Positions 60,351-64,000 of a DNA stretch of 64,000 bases are shown here, in pieces (the stretch's first letter is position 1; the number at the start of each line of letters is the position of its first letter). The stretch lies in sequence record NC_054929.1. One strand, 5' to 3'. The notes beneath the pieces were generated by a model. It saw nothing but the letters and a program-made list of their open reading frames with translations, was not told where the DNA came from and did no database searches. The translations under genes were made by a program, and so were the position numbers. This DNA comes from Escherichia phage PE37.

Positions 60351-60389
60351 GTTTACATACTGATGAGGTAGTGATACTATTACCTCATC
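60351..60389 (+). promoter_or_regulatory. early promoter with stem-loop (PeSL-like)
   Basis: GTTTAC at 60351-60356, TGaTACTAT -10 at 60375-60380; IR GATGAGGTA (60362-60370) / TACCTCATC (60381-60389). Confidence 0.65.
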
Positions 60390-60410
60390 AAAATTAATTA
60401 GGAAAATAAA

Positions 60411-60695
60411 ATGAAAACTTATCAAGAATTCACTTCAACGACTAACGCTTCTACTTTGACTGAAGCGACCCTTACTTCTGAAGTTATTAAAGCAAACAAA
60501 GGACGTGAAGGTAAACCGATGATTAGCCTGGTTGATGGCGAAGAAATCAAAGGTACTGTTTACCTAGGTGATGGGTGGTCTGCTAAAAAGGATGGTGCTA
60601 CAATCGTTATCTCTCCTGCTGAAGAAACTGCTTTGTTTAAAGCCAAGCATATTTCAGTAGCTCAGCTTAAAATTATTGCTAAAAATCTTTTGTAA
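60411..60695 (+). CDS. internal-protein candidate with capsid targeting signal
   Basis: N-terminus MKTYQEF...LTE-A matches CTS and prohead-protease L-x-E site pattern of T4 internal proteins. Confidence 0.6.
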   Translation: MKTYQEFTSTTNASTLTEATLTSEVIKANKGREGKPMISLVDGEEIKGTVYLGDGWSAKKDGATIVISPAEETALFKAKHISVAQLKIIAKNLL

Positions 60696-60713
60696 TAAAT
60701 TTTTCACAAAGTT

Positions 60714-60751
60714 GTTTACATAGGGTTTTAGTTGTGATACTATTACCCTAT
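60714..60751 (+). promoter_or_regulatory. early promoter with stem-loop (PeSL-like)
   Basis: GTTTAC at 60714-60719, TGaTACTAT -10 at 60738-60743; IR ATAGGGT (60720-60726) / ACCCTAT (60745-60751). Confidence 0.65.
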
Positions 60752-60771
60752 CAACTACTGAGGAGAATAAA

Positions 60772-60957
60772 ATGAAACGCTGTGAATTAATTCGAAATGT
60801 TGCTATTGCAATTTCTGCTTCCGCTTTTAGTTTTTCAATGTTTGTTGGATTTATATGCGGATTATTGACTACAGCAGAAAATGTTTTTTCACTTGTAGTA
60901 GCATTTTTAATTAGTTTAATTGCTATCGTTATGGATAAAATTTCTAAAGGTGAATAG
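60772..60957 (+). CDS. small two-helix membrane protein (61 aa)
   Basis: two hydrophobic stretches of about 20 aa; follows early promoter cassette. Confidence 0.5.
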   Translation: MKRCELIRNVAIAISASAFSFSMFVGFICGLLTTAENVFSLVVAFLISLIAIVMDKISKGE

Positions 60958-60958
60958 A

Positions 60959-61339
60959 ATGTATAAAGTGTACGCGGATTATCAGGCTAATCCATCTGAA
61001 AAGCCAGATTGCCAAATTGGATGGGCTCATGATACCCTGCTTGAAGCAGTAGATGCTGCTCAAAAATTAGGATATAAATATGTAGAGATTGTTCAACCGA
61101 CAGGAAAAGTTATTACTCTTGAAGAGTTCAATAATATTAAACCGAACTTTTTACTTTTTGCAGGTGATAATTATTATCCTCGCGGTGGATATGCTGATTT
61201 AATCGCGAAAGCCGCTACCGAAGATGAACTCCGTGACATTATCAAAGAAAATGAGAACAAACCAATGTATGGTTCTAATCGCTTTGATTGGTGGCAAATC
61301 GTAAATGCCCACACTCATACTATTGTTGATGAAGGCTGA
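60959..61339 (+). CDS. hypothetical protein (126 aa)
   Basis: ATG at 60959 immediately after previous stop; track start 60920 overlaps upstream gene. Confidence 0.5.
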   Translation: MYKVYADYQANPSEKPDCQIGWAHDTLLEAVDAAQKLGYKYVEIVQPTGKVITLEEFNNIKPNFLLFAGDNYYPRGGYADLIAKAATEDELRDIIKENENKPMYGSNRFDWWQIVNAHTHTIVDEG

Positions 61340-61341
61340 TA

Positions 61342-61629
61342 ATGATTCTTTATGCGAAAGTATCGTCCATTGAAAATGGATATAAATATGATCAAGACGC
61401 GGCTAAAGCCTTGATTGATGATTATGGCGTTTTAACATGTTTTGAAGTTGAAAAGGTTTACATTGACCGTTCATCTTCTCAAGTTAAATTAGTAAAGGAA
61501 GACCGTAAATTTAATACAGTAAATTTTGATTTCTTTATTGAAACGGAAAAAGGTCCTCTTGAATATGATATTTTCAAGAATCCTTTGGGTCTTGAATGCA
61601 TCGTAAATATGTATTATCATAAATGGTAA
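61342..61629 (+). CDS. hypothetical protein (95 aa)
   Basis: ATG 3 nt after previous stop. Confidence 0.5.
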   Translation: MILYAKVSSIENGYKYDQDAAKALIDDYGVLTCFEVEKVYIDRSSSQVKLVKEDRKFNTVNFDFFIETEKGPLEYDIFKNPLGLECIVNMYYHKW

Positions 61630-61632
61630 ATA

Positions 61633-61657
61633 TGCTTTAAGAATTATTTGTTATTAT
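61633..61657 (+). promoter_or_regulatory. MotA-dependent middle promoter candidate (tRNA cluster)
   Basis: MotA box TGCTTTA at 61633-61639, 12-nt spacer, TATTAT at 61652-61657; 29 nt identical to the gene 31 promoter copy. Confidence 0.55.
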
Positions 61658-61726
61658 TAACTCATATCGCATTGATTAATACCCTCTATCATCAAGGGTT
61701 CTTTCCTGAGAGCCTTTGTTAATAAT

Positions 61727-61799
61727 TGGGAATTAGCCAAGTTGGTAAGGCACTGGATTTTGATTCCAGGATGCAAAGGTTCGAGTCCTTTATTCCCAG
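61727..61799 (+). tRNA. tRNA-Gln (anticodon UUG)
   Basis: cloverleaf by eye: acceptor TGGGAAT/ATTCCCA, anticodon stem CTGGA/TCCAG, loop TTTTGAT, T-loop TTCGAGT. Confidence 0.85.
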
Positions 61800-61800
61800 C

Positions 61801-61887
61801 GCGAGAATGGTCAAATTGGTAAAGGCACAGCACTTAAAATGCTGCGGAATGATTTCCTTGTGGGTTCGAGTCCCACTTCTCGCACCA
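61801..61887 (+). tRNA. tRNA-Leu (anticodon UAA), type II with long variable arm
   Basis: acceptor GCGAGAA/TTCTCGC, anticodon loop CTTAAAA, T-loop TTCGAGT, encoded CCA. Confidence 0.85.
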
Positions 61888-61892
61888 AATTT

Positions 61893-61966
<74 letters not shown>

Positions 61967-61976
61967 ATTTAATTTA

Positions 61977-62050
61977 CTCCGTGTAGCTCAGTTTGGTAGA
62001 GCGCCTGATTTGGGATCAGGAGGTCCAAGGTTCAAATCCTTGTATGGAGA
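61977..62050 (+). tRNA. tRNA-Pro (anticodon UGG)
   Basis: anticodon stem CCTGA/TCAGG, loop TTTGGGA, T-loop TTCAAAT; acceptor has G-U pairs; no encoded CCA. Confidence 0.8.
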
Positions 62051-62052
62051 CT

Positions 62053-62142
62053 GGAGGCGTGGCAGAGTGGTTTAATGCACCGGTCTTGAAAACCGGCAGT
62101 CGCTCCGGCGACTCATAGGTTCAAATCCTATCGCCTCCGCCA
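62053..62142 (+). tRNA. tRNA-Ser (anticodon UGA), type II
   Basis: acceptor GGAGGCG/CGCCTCC, anticodon stem CCGGT/ACCGG, loop CTTGAAA, long variable arm, encoded CCA. Confidence 0.85.
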
Positions 62143-62147
62143 GTTTT

Positions 62148-62223
62148 GCTGATTTAGCTCAGTAGGTAGAGCAACTCACTTGTAATGAGAAGGTCGGCGG
62201 TTCGATTCCGTCAATCAGCACCA
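62148..62223 (+). tRNA. tRNA-Thr (anticodon UGU)
   Basis: acceptor GCTGATT/AATCAGC, anticodon loop CTTGTAA, T-loop TTCGATT, encoded CCA. Confidence 0.85.
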
Positions 62224-62224
62224 A

Positions 62225-62299
62225 GGCCCTGTAGCTGGAAGGTTCAAGCAAGCGACTCATAATCGCCAGATGGTGGTTCAATTCCACCCAGGGCCACCA
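62225..62299 (+). tRNA. tRNA with CAU anticodon (Met or lysidine-type Ile)
   Basis: acceptor GGCCCTG/CAGGGCC, anticodon loop CTCATAA, T-loop TTCAATT, encoded CCA. Confidence 0.8.
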
Positions 62300-62308
62300 A
62301 ATTAATTT

Positions 62309-62395
62309 GGGGAGTTATCCCGTAGAGGTAGCGGTGTGGACTGTAAATCCATTGTCATTGCGACTCGGGTGGTTCGACTCCATCACTCCCCACCA
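62309..62395 (+). tRNA. tRNA-Tyr (anticodon GUA), type II
   Basis: acceptor GGGGAGT/ACTCCCC, anticodon loop CTGTAAA, variable-arm hairpin, T-loop TTCGACT, encoded CCA; D-arm atypical. Confidence 0.75.
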
Positions 62396-62399
62396 ATTT

Positions 62400-62474
62400 G
62401 GATGTGTAGCTCAATGGCAGAGCGATCGCCTGTTAAGCGATTGGTTATAGGTTCGAATCCTATCACGTCCGCCA
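62400..62474 (+). tRNA. tRNA-Asn (anticodon GUU)
   Basis: acceptor GGATGTG/CACGTCC, D-stem GCTC/GAGC, anticodon stem ATCGC/GCGAT, loop CTGTTAA, T-loop TTCGAAT, encoded CCA. Confidence 0.88.
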
Positions 62475-62478
62475 AATC

Positions 62479-62554
62479 CGAGGCATAGCTCAGAAGGAAG
62501 AGCAAGGACCTTCTAAGTCCTAGGTCGTAGGTTCGATCCCTACTGCCTCGACCA
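62479..62554 (+). tRNA. tRNA-Arg (anticodon UCU)
   Basis: acceptor CGAGGCA/TGCCTCG, D-stem GCTC/GAGC, anticodon stem AGGAC/GTCCT, loop CTTCTAA, T-loop TTCGATC, encoded CCA. Confidence 0.88.
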
Positions 62555-62570
62555 ATTAAGTGAGGAAAAT

Positions 62571-62921
62571 ATGAAAGGTAATGTTTATTTAGTAGTTCAT
62601 GATTTAACATTTTATTTTAATCACAATGACACGGTTATTTCTGAACGTGTAATTAATTTGCTTTATCAACACGCGGATTATGTTTATGTCGAAAACGAAT
62701 ATGGTCATTGGCAATTTCTCAAAAATCGTTCATTTGGCTTAGATGGTTACGAATACTTTGAACGTAAAGACCTTTTAGATAAAATTTCGTTATCTACACA
62801 ATATCAAAATCATAAGTCTTTACATAAATGTCGGCTAATTCGAAATGCTGAATCTGCTTATGAAGCAATTGATTTATGGCGTTTACGCCGTGAACAAATT
62901 GATGCTTTAAAAGAATATTAA
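62571..62921 (+). CDS. hypothetical protein (116 aa) inside the tRNA transcription unit
   Basis: ATG 17 nt after tRNA-Arg 3' end with GAGGAAAA RBS. Confidence 0.5.
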   Translation: MKGNVYLVVHDLTFYFNHNDTVISERVINLLYQHADYVYVENEYGHWQFLKNRSFGLDGYEYFERKDLLDKISLSTQYQNHKSLHKCRLIRNAESAYEAIDLWRLRREQIDALKEY

Positions 62922-63089
62922 GAAACCGGGTCGCTACCGGTAAGTCGTCGGACTGATGTTCCCTGTTTAAGGACTGGCATTAATAAATCTTTATGTTTTG
63001 TTAATGTCCTCTTATATCACAGCAGAAACGGCGCACCGAATTATCGATTCGAGGAAATATCTTTGCCGTAAGCCGAGTAGCGTTTTTGA

Positions 63090-63184
63090 CGGAACGTTCG
63101 GATATGGTCGAGATATGGCCTTTTAAAAATATTGAGTAGCGTCAACTGCTTAATAACCGGGTTCGAATCCCGGCGTTTCGTACA
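63090..63184 (+). ncRNA. tRNA-like stable RNA candidate
   Basis: 7-bp acceptor-like helix (63090-63096 with 63174-63180) closing a canonical T-arm (CCGGG-TTCGAAT-CCCGG, 63157-63173); no clean D or anticodon arm; terminator at 63236-63260. Confidence 0.35.
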
Positions 63185-63235
63185 AACACTTGCCTTAGCA
63201 GGTGGAACCCCGACAAGGTTGCCGCAAGGCTTAGA

Positions 63236-63260
63236 CCCGACCGAAAGGTTGGGGCTTTTT
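63236..63260 (+). terminator. intrinsic terminator closing the tRNA/stable-RNA unit
   Basis: CCCGACC-GAAA-GGTTGGG followed by GCTTTTT. Confidence 0.7.
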
Positions 63261-63262
63261 GG

Positions 63263-63270
63263 TATAAATA
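63263..63270 (+). promoter_or_regulatory. late promoter TATAAATA (CTS protein at 63311)
   Basis: exact 8-mer directly after terminator, 41 nt upstream of ATG. Confidence 0.6.
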
Positions 63271-63310
63271 TAGTAGTATATTAAATCCACGAATTAAAAC
63301 AGGAAATAAG

Positions 63311-63784
63311 ATGAAATCATATACTCAATTTTTAAATGAAGCGGTGTTAAATGAAGCATCTAGCACCGAAATTCAAGCTGTCGCAAAAGCAGCCATTGCA
63401 GCGGGTAAATATTCTTACAAAGATGCTTCTGATGAATCGCGATTCCAGTTTGCACGCGACATGAAAGCGGAAGGATTTACGGGAAATGCAGTTAGTATGG
63501 CCTGGAAAAGTTTAGTTGCTACTGGCGCTGCTTTTGCAAAGGCTTCGGGTAAACCTGCTCCTAAAGCAGATCCTAAAGTCGCACAAGAGAAAAATATTGT
63601 TAAAGGAATTATCTCCAAATATGAAGCTATCCTTAAAGAGCTTTTAGTAATCAAAACTGAAGGCCAAAAACTAGCTCGTGCTTATAGTTTCAAAGATAAC
63701 CCACATGCTCACTCTCTTGAGTATGTTGAAGACATCCAAAAAATTATTAAAGACCGCATTTGGTCTGCTAAACAAATCAAATAA
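63311..63784 (+). CDS. internal-protein candidate with capsid targeting signal
   Basis: N-terminus MKSYTQFLNEAVLNEA (CTS-like with L-x-E sites); late promoter at 63263-63270; terminator downstream. Confidence 0.55.
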   Translation: MKSYTQFLNEAVLNEASSTEIQAVAKAAIAAGKYSYKDASDESRFQFARDMKAEGFTGNAVSMAWKSLVATGAAFAKASGKPAPKADPKVAQEKNIVKGIISKYEAILKELLVIKTEGQKLARAYSFKDNPHAHSLEYVEDIQKIIKDRIWSAKQIK

Positions 63785-63792
63785 CATTCTTA

Positions 63793-63819
63793 GCCCCGAC
63801 CAAAAGGTTGGGGCTTTTT
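63793..63819 (+). terminator. intrinsic terminator (near-duplicate of the 63236 terminator)
   Basis: GCCCCGACC-AAAA-GGTTGGGGC followed by TTTTT. Confidence 0.7.
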
Positions 63820-63953
63820 GGTATCTAGGCCTTTCCAGGCCTCTCTAGACATCATTTAGTTTCTACCCTTTATAATATATTATCCTATCCTTTGATTTCC
63901 CCTCCCTGCCCTAGAATTCCCCAAAACTTTTTAAAAATTTTTTTCACAAAACG

Positions 63954-63983
63954 GTTTACATCCTTGTCCTTCCATGGTACTAT
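63954..63983 (+). promoter_or_regulatory. early promoter (same consensus; stem-loop not resolvable, window ends)
   Basis: GTTTAC at 63954-63959, TGgTACTAT -10 at 63978-63983; same upstream TTTCACAAA and downstream ATCAACTACTG as the 60714 copy. Confidence 0.55.
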
Positions 63984-64000
63984 ACAACTATCAACTACTG

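Noticed and set aside
62903-62921. MotA-box-like TGCTTTA inside the 3' end of the 116-aa ORF
   Set aside because: No appropriately spaced -10 element follows; likely chance occurrence.

Overview
This window reads as a near-contiguous block of a T4-like (T-even, Tequatrovirus-type) myovirus genome, in reverse-complement orientation to the conventional T4 map. I found no inserted island, integrase, CRISPR array, homing endonuclease or obvious multi-gene defence system; the candidates for novelty are small accessory ORFs and RNA elements, not a large new system. Gene names are assigned from my recollection of T4 protein sequences, lengths and gene order, not from any database search. Gene order along the + strand: pseT (3' end) and five small ORFs; cd; two small ORFs; gene 31; rIII; nine small 30.x-like ORFs, including a NADAR-like and a HAD-like protein; DNA ligase (30); two tandem alt paralogs; baseplate hub genes 54-48-29-28-27-51 (minus) and 26-25 (plus); uvsY; uvsW and uvsW.1 (minus); inh, hoc, rnlB; head genes 24-23-22-21-68-67-20; tail tube 19 and sheath 18; terminase 17/16; neck 15-14-13; wac; baseplate and short-fibre genes 12 to 6; 5.4, 5.1, 5, 53 (all minus); then 4, 2, 3, 1, 57A, 57B (plus); and an internal-protein/tRNA locus with 10 tRNAs, a tRNA-like stable-RNA candidate and capsid-targeting-signal proteins. 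Regulatory architecture is legible by eye: sigma70-like early promoters (GTTTAC-N17/18-TGnTAYTAT) whose -10 sits inside covarying inverted repeats, MotA-box middle promoters, exact TATAAATA late promoters ahead of structural genes, and GC-rich tetraloop terminators. The ORF track uses TTG/GTG starts in places, so I moved several starts to the in-frame ATG with a Shine-Dalgarno (gp20, gp11, gp3, gp1, uvsW.1, gp5.1-like, NADAR-like, 848 ORF).
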